A stretch of DNA of 64,000 bases. Origin: an uncultured Gemmatimonadales bacterium. Its GTDB lineage: Bacteria; Gemmatimonadota; Gemmatimonadetes; Longimicrobiales; Gaopeijiaceae. The notes under the pieces were generated by a model, which made no database searches, was not told where the DNA came from, and saw only the letters and a program-made list of their open reading frames with translations. The position numbers and the translations under genes were made by a program. Below are positions 8,819 to 18,458 of the stretch, piece after piece (position 1 is the stretch's first letter; the number at the start of each line of letters is the position of its first letter). The DNA lies in the NCBI GenBank assembly GCA_963809895.1, contig CAWELD010000003.1, positions 864,001 to 928,000 of the forward strand, written 5' to 3'.

Positions 8819-10483
8819 ATGGGAGAGGCGACGGTGGTTGTCATCTGGATGGTCTACGCCGTGACCGTGACCGGCCTCGTGGCCGGCGCGGCCCATCTGT
8901 TGGAGCGAGAAGCGCGTGCTCGCGGGCGGTCCGGTCGCTGGATCTGGGCCGTGGCCCTCGCGGTGTCGTGCGCGGCCTTGCCCTCGTCCTGGCTGTGGGC
9001 CGGTCGTGCCCCGGTGGCGGCGCCCGACCTCCAGACCATTCCCGTCGTGCCCATCCCGGGATTCGTTCCCGGTGTCGTCGCCGGCCTCGGCCGTGTGGCG
9101 AGCCCCTGGGCGCGTCTCCTGGATGCTCCGATCCTGGGGCTCTGGGGACTCGCGTCGGGCCTTCTCCTGATCGGGTTCCTGGTCTCGGCCGTTCGCCTGG
9201 CGCGACAGGCCCACCGATGGCGTCAGGCTCGACTCCACGGGGTCGACGTGCGAATCTCGCACGGCACGGGACCGGCGGTGGTGGGAATCCTCCGCCCTCG
9301 CATCGTGCTTCCGTCCTGGGTGCAGGAGATCCCCGGGTCGGACGTGAGGCTGATTCTCCGGCACGAGCTGGAACACCTGAAGGCACGTGACCCGCTGGTG
9401 ATGTTCGGAGCGTTCCTGTTGACCGTGCTGTTTCCCTGGAATCCCGTGCTGTGGTGGCAGCTCGGCCGCATGCGGGCCGCGGTGGAGTTGGACTGTGACC
9501 GCCGGGTGGTACGGGGGCGCTCGCGGGTCCGGCAGCGACGCTACGGAGAGCTCCTCATGACCGTGGGATCCCGGGTCGTGGCGGGTGCGCATCGACCTGC
9601 GCTGGCGGCGTTCGCCGAGCGCACCACCTCTCTGGAACGGAGGATACGCACCATGCTCGCTCGCGGAACCCGACCCTCGCTGAAGGGACTCGTGCTCGGT
9701 GGCAGCCTCGCCGCGCTCCTCCTGGCCGGTGCCTGCCTCGTACCGTCGCCGGACCGGAACGCGGACACGACGGCGCCCGACCTGGACACGGACGCGGTCC
9801 CGGCTTCGCAAGACGAGTTCACACCCTTTACGCAGGCTCCTCAACTCCTGAATCCCGAAGAGGTCCGGCGCGCTCTGGCCGACGCCTACCCCGACGACCT
9901 GCGAGACGAAGGCGTCACCGGCGCGACCATGCTGTGGCTCTATGTGACCACGGAGGGCAGGGTGTCCGATCTGCGGGTGGACCGCTCCTCGGGCTCCACG
10001 GCGTTGGACCGGGCCGCCATGAGCGTGGCCGACGTGATGCGTTACGCCCCGGCGCTCAACAGGGACCAGCCGGTGGCGGTGTGGGTCGAAGTGCCCCTGT
10101 CGTTCATTCCCGAGAGTCCGGTGGACGCCACGCCGGTGGAGCCGTCGGTTCGGTCCACCGTCGACATTGCCGATGGGCCGGTGTTCACCCCGTACACCGT
10201 CGGTCCCGAGATCACCAACCGTCTCGAGGTGCAGCGAGCGCTGGAGAGCGAGTATCCGCCGCTGCTGAGAGACGCCGGCATCGGGGGCACCACCAAGATC
10301 TGGTTCTTCATCGACGAGCAGGGTCAGGTGCGGGCCACCCGCATCGCCGAATCCAGCGGCAGCGATCCGCTGGACGACGCGGCCCTCGAGGTGGCCGGCA
10401 TGATCTCCTTCACGCCGGCGAAGAACAGGGATAAGCCCGTGCCCGTGTGGGTGAGCTTCCCCATCACCTTCCAGGTGCGGTAG
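8819..10483 (+). CDS. M56 (BlaR1/MecR1-type) metallopeptidase fused to two TonB C-terminal domains
   Basis: TM helices, PAVVG..RPRIVLP, HELEH zinc motif, WNPVLW, ELDCD, LERRI; two YP...G..G...F...G.V...SSG...LD.AA TonB_C repeats. Start uncertain (8807-8849). Confidence 0.85.
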   Translation: MGEATVVVIWMVYAVTVTGLVAGAAHLLEREARARGRSGRWIWAVALAVSCAALPSSWLWAGRAPVAAPDLQTIPVVPIPGFVPGVVAGLGRVASPWARLLDAPILGLWGLASGLLLIGFLVSAVRLARQAHRWRQARLHGVDVRISHGTGPAVVGILRPRIVLPSWVQEIPGSDVRLILRHELEHLKARDPLVMFGAFLLTVLFPWNPVLWWQLGRMRAAVELDCDRRVVRGRSRVRQRRYGELLMTVGSRVVAGAHRPALAAFAERTTSLERRIRTMLARGTRPSLKGLVLGGSLAALLLAGACLVPSPDRNADTTAPDLDTDAVPASQDEFTPFTQAPQLLNPEEVRRALADAYPDDLRDEGVTGATMLWLYVTTEGRVSDLRVDRSSGSTALDRAAMSVADVMRYAPALNRDQPVAVWVEVPLSFIPESPVDATPVEPSVRSTVDIADGPVFTPYTVGPEITNRLEVQRALESEYPPLLRDAGIGGTTKIWFFIDEQGQVRATRIAESSGSDPLDDAALEVAGMISFTPAKNRDKPVPVWVSFPITFQVR

Positions 10484-10535
10484 CGCGTGTAGCCGCGCCT
10501 GCTGATCCCAGGTGAGGGCGCCGTTGGCGCCGGTG

Positions 10536-10566
10536 CGGCCCGGGGCCCGGAGTGGGTCCCGGGCCG
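10536..10566 (+). terminator. GC-rich hairpin after the M56-TonB gene
   Basis: CGGCCCGGGGCCC-GGAGT-GGGTCCCGGGCCG; no U-tract. Confidence 0.4.
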
Positions 10567-10677
10567 TCGTCCGTTAAACGATTAGCTTGCCCTCGGCCCG
10601 AAGTTGAAGACAACTTTAGGGTCATGCAGGGTCGCGGACAGCCCTTCCTCTCCCTCCCCGAACGTCCGAGGACCCCG

Positions 10678-12600
10678 ATGGCCAGCGAGAAGGAGCGGAC
10701 GGTGGAGCAGCGGCTCCGCGCGGCCGTGGAGTCGGCACCCAGCGGCCTGGTGATGGTCGACGGGGACGGCAGGATCGTCCTCGTGAACCGTGAGATCGAG
10801 CGGCTGTTCGGCTATTCGCGCGAAGAGATTCTGGGTCGCTCCATCGAGCTCCTGGTTCCCGAGCCCCTTCGGGGCCCCCATGTGGACTTCCGGCACGACT
10901 TTCTCGCCGATCCCCGGGTGCGCGCCATGGGAGCGGGGCGCGACCTCTACGGGCAACGCAAGGACGGATCGGAGGTCCCCGTGGAGATCGGACTCACTCC
11001 GGTAGCCACCGAGGAGGGCCTGTTCGTGCTCGCGTCGGTGGTGGATATCCGGGCGCGCAAACAGGCGGAAGCGCGCTTCCGAGCGGCCGTGGAATCGTCC
11101 CCAAACGGGATGGTGATGGTCGACGAGCGCGGCCGGATCATCCTCGTGAACCGCGAGGTCGAGCGCATGTTCGGCTACGAGCGTTCCGAGTTGCTGGGGC
11201 GCTCCATCGAGATACTGGTGCCCGAGCGCTTTCGCGACGGCCATCCCGCCTTCCGGAGGGGCTTCTACGCGGACCCCCGCTCCCGTGCCATGGGCGCCGG
11301 GCGCGATCTCTTCGGACTGCGCAAAGACGGGTCCGAGATCCCGGTGGAGATCGGACTGAATCCCATCGAGACCGACGAGGGCCTGGTGGTCCTCAGCTCC
11401 ATCGTGGACATCAGCGCCCGCAAGTCCGCCGAGGAAGAGCGGCAGCGGCTCGAGCAGCAGCTGCGGCAGGCGCAGAAGATGGAAGCGGTGGGTACGCTGG
11501 CCGGGGGCATCGCCCACGACTTCAACAACATTCTGGGCGCCATCATCGGGTACGCCGAGCTGCTGGAGACGGCGCTGGCCACCGACCGCGCCCGGGTCGA
11601 CCTCGCCGACCTCATCGCGCAGGCCGAGCGCGGCCGGCACCTGGTGGAGCGCCTGCTCGCCTTCAGCCGCCGACAGGAGGCGGTCCGGCGTCCTCTGTCC
11701 ATGGATCAGTCGTTGGAGGAGATCCGGCGGCTCCTGCGGGCGACGCTGCCCGCGACCATCGACATCCAGGTCAGCGTCGCGTCGCCGCTACCCAGGGTGC
11801 TCGCCGACGGGACCGCCATCCAGCAGGTCATGATGAATCTGGGCACGAATGCGGCCCACGCCATGCCGGGTGGAGGGCGCCTCGACATCCGGGCCGAGCC
11901 GTTCTACGTCAGGGACAGCAAGGCCAGGGCGCACCCGGAGCTCCGTGAGGGTCCCCATCTCCTGGTATCCGTGTCGGATACGGGGGTGGGGATGGACCAG
12001 GCGACCCTCGAGCGGGCGCTGGAACCCTTCTTCACCACCAAGGCACCGGGCCGCGGCAGCGGGCTCGGGCTCTCCATGGTGCACGGCATCATGCAGGAGC
12101 ACGAAGGAGGACTTGAGGTGGAGAGCGAGAAGGGACGCGGAACGACGATCCGGTGTTTCTTCCCGGTCATGGAAGACACCACGGCAGAGGCCCCGGCGGC
12201 CGACCTGGAGGTGCCCCGGGGCGAGGGGCGTACGATCCTCTACGTCGACGACGAGCCTTCGCTGGCGCACGTGGGGCGACGTCGGCTGGAGAAGCTCGGC
12301 TACGAGGTGCGAGCGGAGTCGGACAGCATGCAGGCGCTGGAGATCTTCCGTGCGGACCCGGACGGCTTCGACCTGTTGGTCACAGACTATGCCATGCCTG
12401 GCATGAACGGCGCGGAGCTGATGGAAGCGATTCGAAGCATCCGCGACGACCTGCCGATCGTCCTCCTCACGGGCTACGTCGACGCGCTGCCCGACCAGGC
12501 CCTTCGCTTCGCCGGCGTGCACACGGTGGCGCAGAAGCCACTCACCTTCACCGAGCTGGGCATGGTCGTAGGACGGGCGCTGGGCGCGGCGAAGGACTGA
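10678..12600 (+). CDS. Cytoplasmic hybrid histidine kinase (PAS-PAS-HisKA-HATPase-REC)
   Basis: Two near-identical PAS domains, H-box GIAHDFNN, NLGTNA, DTGVG, GSGLGL, C-terminal receiver. Alternative start at ATG 10624. Confidence 0.9.
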   Translation: MASEKERTVEQRLRAAVESAPSGLVMVDGDGRIVLVNREIERLFGYSREEILGRSIELLVPEPLRGPHVDFRHDFLADPRVRAMGAGRDLYGQRKDGSEVPVEIGLTPVATEEGLFVLASVVDIRARKQAEARFRAAVESSPNGMVMVDERGRIILVNREVERMFGYERSELLGRSIEILVPERFRDGHPAFRRGFYADPRSRAMGAGRDLFGLRKDGSEIPVEIGLNPIETDEGLVVLSSIVDISARKSAEEERQRLEQQLRQAQKMEAVGTLAGGIAHDFNNILGAIIGYAELLETALATDRARVDLADLIAQAERGRHLVERLLAFSRRQEAVRRPLSMDQSLEEIRRLLRATLPATIDIQVSVASPLPRVLADGTAIQQVMMNLGTNAAHAMPGGGRLDIRAEPFYVRDSKARAHPELREGPHLLVSVSDTGVGMDQATLERALEPFFTTKAPGRGSGLGLSMVHGIMQEHEGGLEVESEKGRGTTIRCFFPVMEDTTAEAPAADLEVPRGEGRTILYVDDEPSLAHVGRRRLEKLGYEVRAESDSMQALEIFRADPDGFDLLVTDYAMPGMNGAELMEAIRSIRDDLPIVLLTGYVDALPDQALRFAGVHTVAQKPLTFTELGMVVGRALGAAKD

Positions 12601-12698
12601 CGCGGGCTCGGCTGGCCACCCTTGCGTCGGTCGGCGCTTCCGGGGCATCCTCCCGACCTTCCGTCGAGTGTCTCCGCCAAGGCCACGCCGAGGCCCGC

Positions 12699-15600
12699 AT
12701 GTCCGTTCGCTTCCACTTGTCCGCAGCCCGCCTGCGATCCGCCCTGGGCGCTGCCGCCCTCCTGTGGGCGGTCGTCCCTTCCGTCACCGGTGCCCAGCAG
12801 TTGCCGGTGGACCGCCTGGGAGCCATCCACGCCCGCAACATCGGCCCGGCCGGGATGAGCGGTCGCGTCGCCGCGGTGGACGTGGTGCGGAGTGACCCCA
12901 CGCAGATCTTCGTGGGGTCGGCCACCGGAGGCGTGTTCAAGTCGGAGGACGGCGGGGTGAGCTGGTCGCCCGTCTTCGACGAGCAGCCGGTGCTGGGCGT
13001 GGGCGCCATCTCTGTATTCCAGGCCAATCCCGACATCGTCTGGGTGGGCACGGGCGAGGGAAATCCCCGGAACAGCGCCGGCGTAGGTGATGGCATCTAC
13101 AAGTCCGTCGACGGCGGTCACACGTGGCGCCTCATGGGGCTCACCGGCTCCGAGCGCATCGCCCGCGTGGTGACGCACCCCACGGACCCCGACGTGGTGT
13201 GGGTGGGGGTCATGGGACCGGCCTGGAGCGACGGCGAGGTCCGCGGAGTGTACCGCACCACCGACGGAGGCGAGAGCTGGGAGCGGGTGCTCTGGGTCGA
13301 CGAGGGCACCGGCGTGGCCGATCTGGTCCTGGACCCGACCAATCCCGACAAGCTGTTCGCCGCCATGTGGGACTTCCGACGCGACCCCTGGTTCTTCCGC
13401 TCCGGCGGACCCGGGAGTGGGCTGTTCGTGACCCGGGACGGCGGCGACACCTGGGATCGGCTGGGCCCGGAAGAGGGGCTGCCGGAAGGCGACCTGGGGC
13501 GAATCGGACTGGCCATCGCCCAAAGCGACCCCGACGTGGTCTACGCGCTGGTGGAGGCCACCCGGAGCGCGCTGCTGCGCTCCGACGACGGGGGCCGGAG
13601 CTTCCACGTGATCTCGGATCGTCAGGGCGTCGCGCCGCGGCCGTTCTACTACGCCGACCTGCGTGTCGATCCCGAGAACGAGAACCGCCTCTACTCGCTC
13701 CACTCCTCCATCCAGGTGAGCGAGGATCAGGGGCGCACCTTCCGGACCGTGGTCTCCTCGGGGATCATCCACGGGGACGTGCACGAGCTGTGGATCGATC
13801 CCTCGGATTCGCGCCACATGATCATGGGCAACGACGGCGGCATCGGGATCACCTGGAATCGGGGCGAGGACTGGCGTTTCGTGGAAAACCTCACCCTGGC
13901 CCAGTTCTACCACGTCTCGCTGGACGACGCCGTCCCCTTCAACATCTACGGCGGGCTGCAGGACAACGGCTCCTGGTGGGGTCCCAACGACGTGTGGGAG
14001 AGCAAGGGGATCCTGAACGCGCATTGGCACCGCGTGGGCGGCGGTGACGGCTTCAGCGTCTACCCCGATCCCACCGATCCGCGGTACGGGTATTCCATGT
14101 CCCAGCAGGGCTCGCTGCAACGCTTCGACCGCGTGACGGGGAACCGCGTCTCCATCCAGCCGGTGCACCCCGACGGGATCCCCCTGCGCTTCAACTGGAA
14201 CGCCGGGCTCTCGCTGGATCCCACGGACTCCACCGCCCTCTACCTGGGGAGCCAGTTCCTGCACCGGACCACGGACCACGGCGACAGCTGGGAGATCCTC
14301 AGCCCCGATCTCACCACCGACGATCCCGCTCGGCAGCGTCAGGATGTGAGCGGGGGTCTGACGCTGGACGCCACCGGGGCCGAGAACTACACCACCATCA
14401 TCGACATCTCGCCGAGCCCGCTGGAGGACGGGACCATCTGGGTCGGCACCGACGACGGCAACGTCCAGCTCACGCGCGACGACGGCGGTCGGTGGACCAA
14501 CGTGGTCGGCAACATCGCCGGAGCGCCCCCCACCGGGTGGGTGAGCGACATCGAGCCGTCGAACCACGCCCCGGGCACCGCCTACGTTTCCTTCGATCAG
14601 CACCGCCGAGGCGACTGGACCCCGTACCTCTTCCGCACCACCGACTACGGCGCCACCTGGGAGCGCCTCGGCACCGACATCGAGGGGTTCATCCACGCCG
14701 TGGAGGAGGACCCGGCCGAGCCCGCGCTCCTCTTCGCCGGCACCGAGTTCGGCCTGTGGGTGAGCTTCGACCGGGGGGCTAGCTGGCAGAAGTGGCCCTG
14801 GGTGCCTTCCATGCCCATCCGTGACCTGGAGATCCATCCCCGCGACGTGGATCTGGTGTTGGCCAGTCACGGCCGCGGCGCCTGGGTGCTGGACGACATC
14901 CGTCCGCTGCGGGCGTTGGCCTCCGATCCGGCGCTTGCGGAACGGGCCGTGGCGGCCTTCCAGCCCGCTCCGGCGATTCTGCACGCCGAGGACGAGGGTC
15001 TGGGATATCGCTCCACGGGGATGGCCATGTGGCAGGGTGAGACCCGCCCCTACGGTGCGCTGCTGAGCTACTGGGTCGGAGCGCCGGCGGCGCGGGCACG
15101 ACTCGAGGTGACCGACGCGCAGGGCCATGTGGTGGCCACCCTGTCGGGCTCCGGCGAAACGGGTCTCCAGCGCGTGGTGTGGGATCTCCGGGCTCGGGGC
15201 GATGCGGACGAGGCCTCGGGGGTGCCGGAGGGCAGCGAGGTGCTGCCCGGCGAGTACCGGGTGAGCGTGGAGGTGGGCGGCGAGCGCGACACCACGATGC
15301 TGAGCGTGGTGGACGATCCGCGCGTGCCGGCGCCGGACATGGCCGCCCGTCGGGAGCGACTGCGCGCGGTGGCCGAGGCGGATGCCCTGTCGGAGACCGC
15401 CCAGACGGCCCAGCGCAGGTTGGCCGACGCGCTGAGGGGCGTGGAGACCGTGCTGGGCACGCTGGACGCCGGAGAGGAGTCCCTGCGCGCGGACGGCGAG
15501 ACGTTGCGGGATTCGCTCCAGGCCGTGCAGCGGAGGGTGTTCACCGGGCCGGAGTGTCAGGGGATCTGCGGCGGCGAGACCCTGGCGGCCCCGGTGCGCG

Positions 15601-15809
15601 GACCCCTCTTCCGCCTCCGTAGCGGGGTCGGGGCGGTCACCCCCCTCGAGCGACTCCTCATGGATCAGGCGTCCACCGCCCTGGATGCGGTGCTCGAGGC
15701 CGTGAATGGCGCCTTGACCGGGCCCGTGGCCAGCTACCGCGAGGCTCTGAGGAGCGCCGGATACACGCCGCTCCCCGACACCGAGCCGGTGCGGCGGCCG
15801 GGCGGATGA
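12699..15809 (+). CDS. VPS10/sortilin-like BNR (Asp-box) repeat protein
   Basis: Signal peptide, RNIGPAGMSGRV, many S/T-x-D-x-G-x-T/S-W Asp-boxes, YGGLQDNG. Confidence 0.85.
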   Translation: MSVRFHLSAARLRSALGAAALLWAVVPSVTGAQQLPVDRLGAIHARNIGPAGMSGRVAAVDVVRSDPTQIFVGSATGGVFKSEDGGVSWSPVFDEQPVLGVGAISVFQANPDIVWVGTGEGNPRNSAGVGDGIYKSVDGGHTWRLMGLTGSERIARVVTHPTDPDVVWVGVMGPAWSDGEVRGVYRTTDGGESWERVLWVDEGTGVADLVLDPTNPDKLFAAMWDFRRDPWFFRSGGPGSGLFVTRDGGDTWDRLGPEEGLPEGDLGRIGLAIAQSDPDVVYALVEATRSALLRSDDGGRSFHVISDRQGVAPRPFYYADLRVDPENENRLYSLHSSIQVSEDQGRTFRTVVSSGIIHGDVHELWIDPSDSRHMIMGNDGGIGITWNRGEDWRFVENLTLAQFYHVSLDDAVPFNIYGGLQDNGSWWGPNDVWESKGILNAHWHRVGGGDGFSVYPDPTDPRYGYSMSQQGSLQRFDRVTGNRVSIQPVHPDGIPLRFNWNAGLSLDPTDSTALYLGSQFLHRTTDHGDSWEILSPDLTTDDPARQRQDVSGGLTLDATGAENYTTIIDISPSPLEDGTIWVGTDDGNVQLTRDDGGRWTNVVGNIAGAPPTGWVSDIEPSNHAPGTAYVSFDQHRRGDWTPYLFRTTDYGATWERLGTDIEGFIHAVEEDPAEPALLFAGTEFGLWVSFDRGASWQKWPWVPSMPIRDLEIHPRDVDLVLASHGRGAWVLDDIRPLRALASDPALAERAVAAFQPAPAILHAEDEGLGYRSTGMAMWQGETRPYGALLSYWVGAPAARARLEVTDAQGHVVATLSGSGETGLQRVVWDLRARGDADEASGVPEGSEVLPGEYRVSVEVGGERDTTMLSVVDDPRVPAPDMAARRERLRAVAEADALSETAQTAQRRLADALRGVETVLGTLDAGEESLRADGETLRDSLQAVQRRVFTGPECQGICGGETLAAPVRGPLFRLRSGVGAVTPLERLLMDQASTALDAVLEAVNGALTGPVASYREALRSAGYTPLPDTEPVRRPGG

Positions 15810-15842
15810 GGCCTTCGGCGAGGGCGGTGAGAGGCGCGCCCG

Positions 15843-17006
15843 ATGACGGCACGGAGCGATGCCTGCGACGTGGCCGTGGTGGGCCTGGGAGGGGTGGGTA
15901 CCGCCGCCGCGTACCATCTGGCCCGGCGAGACGTCCAGGTCGTGGGCCTCGAGCGTTTCCGGATCCCCCACGACTGGGGATCGTCACACGGAGCGAGCCG
16001 CATCCTGAGGCTGGCGTACTTCGAGGACCCGGCCTACGTGCCACTGGCGCGGCGGGCCCTGGAACTGTGGGCCGACCTGGAGCGGGTCTCGGGCGAGCGC
16101 CTGTTCGTCCAGACCGGCAGCCTCGACGGCGGCCCCGAAGACGGCCCGCTGTTCTCCGGATCGCTGGCGTCGTGTCGAGCCCACGACCTGGACCACGAGG
16201 TGCTCGACGGTATGGCGCTGGCGCGGCGTTTCCCGGGCTTCCGCATGCCCGCTGGGCACCGGTTCGTTCTGCAGCCCGACGGAGGCATCCTCCGTCCCGA
16301 GCGGTGCACCGGAGCCCACGCCCGCATGGCGGAGGCCATGGGGGCGGAGCTCCGCACCGGCGTGCGTGTGGTGGGTTGGGAGACCGAGGGAGGCGGCGCA
16401 CGGGTCTTCCTGGAGGAGGGAGAGGAGCTCCGTTGCGGGGCGCTGGTGCTGACGCCGGGGCCCTGGGCCGGAGACCTGTTGCCCGGGATCGGTCGCGCCC
16501 TGCGGGTCGAGCGCCAGGTGGTGGGATGGACCCGGCCCCAACAGGAGACCCTCTTCGATCCGGGCCGCATGCCGGTGTACAACGTGGAAGTGGACGCGGG
16601 TCACCACTACGGGTTCCCGGCGCTGGACGGTGACGGTCCCAAGGTCGGCCGCTTCGGTCACCTGGGCGAGATCGTCGATCCCGACGAGGTCGACCGCACC
16701 CCCACGCCGGCCGACCGTGATGCGCTGCAGGCTTTCGCCGACCGGTACCTGGCCGACGCGGGACCGGTGGAGCGCATGATGGCCTGCCTGTTCACGCGCA
16801 CGCCGGACGGCCACTTCGTGGTGGACTGCATCCAGCGCGATCCGCCTGTGGCCGTGGGATGCGGCTTCAGCGGGCACGGGTTCAAGTTCGCCAGCGCCCT
16901 GGGCGAGTGTCTCGCCGGCCTGGTGCTGGACGGCGACGGCGGGCCCTGGATCGAGCATCTGAGATCCGACCGTCCCGGGCTGACTCCCGAAGGCGCCGAC
17001 GGTTGA
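15843..17006 (+). CDS. solA: N-methyl-L-tryptophan/sarcosine oxidase family flavoprotein
   Basis: VVGLGGVG FAD motif, GSSHGASRILR, ACLFT (flavinylation Cys), GFSGHGFKF. Confidence 0.85.
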   Translation: MTARSDACDVAVVGLGGVGTAAAYHLARRDVQVVGLERFRIPHDWGSSHGASRILRLAYFEDPAYVPLARRALELWADLERVSGERLFVQTGSLDGGPEDGPLFSGSLASCRAHDLDHEVLDGMALARRFPGFRMPAGHRFVLQPDGGILRPERCTGAHARMAEAMGAELRTGVRVVGWETEGGGARVFLEEGEELRCGALVLTPGPWAGDLLPGIGRALRVERQVVGWTRPQQETLFDPGRMPVYNVEVDAGHHYGFPALDGDGPKVGRFGHLGEIVDPDEVDRTPTPADRDALQAFADRYLADAGPVERMMACLFTRTPDGHFVVDCIQRDPPVAVGCGFSGHGFKFASALGECLAGLVLDGDGGPWIEHLRSDRPGLTPEGADG

Positions 17007-17037
17007 CGCCTGGCCGCCGCGCCACTACCCGTTGAGC

Positions 17038-17124
17038 ATGACCGACCTCTCCCGCACACCCCCGCTCCGATTTAGCCGCCGGCCATCCGCCGGTGGAGCG
17101 GGGTGCGTGCGCGGGTCGCCCTAG
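17038..17124 (+). CDS. Putative pheA leader peptide (28 aa, MTDLSRTPPLRFSRRPSAGGAGCVRGSP)
   Basis: ATG 6 nt after TTGACG-17-TACCCG; one TTT Phe codon; stops just before a strong terminator. Confidence 0.45.
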   Translation: MTDLSRTPPLRFSRRPSAGGAGCVRGSP

Positions 17125-17153
17125 GCGGCGCCACCCTGGGTACAGAGGTCCTG

Positions 17154-17190
17154 AGCGGGCCCTTCCTCCACCGGGAAGGGCCCGCTTTTT
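17154..17190 (+). terminator. Intrinsic terminator (attenuator-like) in the pheA leader
   Basis: Perfect 13-bp stem AGCGGGCCCTTCC/GGAAGGGCCCGCT plus T-tract, about 30 nt before the pheA ATG. Confidence 0.8.
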
Positions 17191-17219
17191 CGTATTCCCC
17201 CTCCGAGGCTGGCAGTCCC

Positions 17220-18365
17220 ATGACCGATCCCACATCCCCCTTGTGCGTCGCCTATCAGGGCGAGCCCGGTGCCTTCAGCGAAGAGGCCCTGCGGGCCTGG
17301 TTCGGTCCCGCGGCGACGCCCGTGGGCCATCGCGACTTCACCGGCCTGGTATGCGCCGTGGCCAGCGGAGAAGTCCCGTTCGGGGTGTTGCCCATCGAGA
17401 ACACCCTGGCCGGCGGCGTCGGCGCGGCTTGTGACGCCTTTCTCCGGGCCGACGTCGACGTGGTGGGCGAGATCGTGCACCCGATCCGGCACACCCTGTG
17501 GGCGCGGGCGGGCGCGTCGTTGTCCAATGTGCGCCGGGTGCTGTCGCATCCGGTGGCCCTGGCCCAGTGCCGCCGCTTCCTGGAGCGGCACCCGTGGCTG
17601 GAGGCGGTCCCGGTAGAGGACACCGCCGGCGCGGTGCGGCAGGTGGCCGAGTCGGGGAGCGAAGGCGACGCCGCGGTAGCGTCGGGGGGCGTGGGCGCAC
17701 GCTTCGGTTTGTCGGCGCTGGCGTCGGACGTCCAGGATCGTGCCGACAATCAGACCCGCTTCTGGGTCCTGCGGGCGTGGGAGGCGGCGCCGGGACCTTC
17801 AGGCGCGCCTCGTGGGCCGTGGAAGACACTGCTCGACTTCACGACGCCCCACAGGCCGGGCGCCCTCATGCGGGTCCTGCGGGCGCTGGCCGACGGGGGC
17901 CTCAACCTCGCGTCGTTGGACTCGCGTCCCGGCGAAGAGCCGTGGACCTACCGCTTCGTGGCCGAGCTCGAAGGGCGTCTGGAAGGCGAGGACGCCGAGA
18001 CGGCACTTCGCCAGGCGCGATCCCACGCGCTCACCCTCCGCGCACGAGGGCCCTATCAGGTCCTTCACACCCAGGACGACGACGGCCCGCCACGGGCGGC
18101 GCGGGGCGGGGGACCCCTGGACCTGGAGGAGCTGAGGTCCGGCATCGACGCCATCGACCGCACCCTTCTCGGCCTGCTGGCACGACGGCGGGAACTGGCA
18201 CGCCGGGCTCAGGAGACCCGGCAACGCGAAGGCGACGTCCAGCGCGATCCCCCGCGCGAAGCCGACGTCATCCGGCGAGCCGCGACCCGCGCGCGGGAGC
18301 TGGACCTTCCGGACGAGGAGGTGCGACGCATCATGTGGAGCGTGGTGGCGCTGTGCGTGGCCTAA
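17220..18365 (+). CDS. pheA: Prephenate dehydratase-ACT with C-terminal chorismate mutase domain
   Basis: AYQGEPGAFSE, PIENT, SHPVALAQC, NQTRF, ACT (HRPGAL, LDSRP), then LEELRSGIDAIDR..RR...RDPPRE (AroQ-type CM). Confidence 0.85.
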   Translation: MTDPTSPLCVAYQGEPGAFSEEALRAWFGPAATPVGHRDFTGLVCAVASGEVPFGVLPIENTLAGGVGAACDAFLRADVDVVGEIVHPIRHTLWARAGASLSNVRRVLSHPVALAQCRRFLERHPWLEAVPVEDTAGAVRQVAESGSEGDAAVASGGVGARFGLSALASDVQDRADNQTRFWVLRAWEAAPGPSGAPRGPWKTLLDFTTPHRPGALMRVLRALADGGLNLASLDSRPGEEPWTYRFVAELEGRLEGEDAETALRQARSHALTLRARGPYQVLHTQDDDGPPRAARGGGPLDLEELRSGIDAIDRTLLGLLARRRELARRAQETRQREGDVQRDPPREADVIRRAATRARELDLPDEEVRRIMWSVVALCVA

Positions 18366-18458
18366 TGAGCTACCCCGGGGCGCGTACTGGCGCGCCGGGA
18401 CCCCGAGGGGGCACCTTAGCCCCGCCTCGTGTCCCATGGTCCATTCTGGAGAGACGCC

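Noticed and set aside
17100..17190. T-box riboswitch upstream of pheA (also considered for thrB and aroF)
   Set aside because: No GGTGGNACC T-box motif and the leaders are too short for Stem I; the leader-peptide model fits better.
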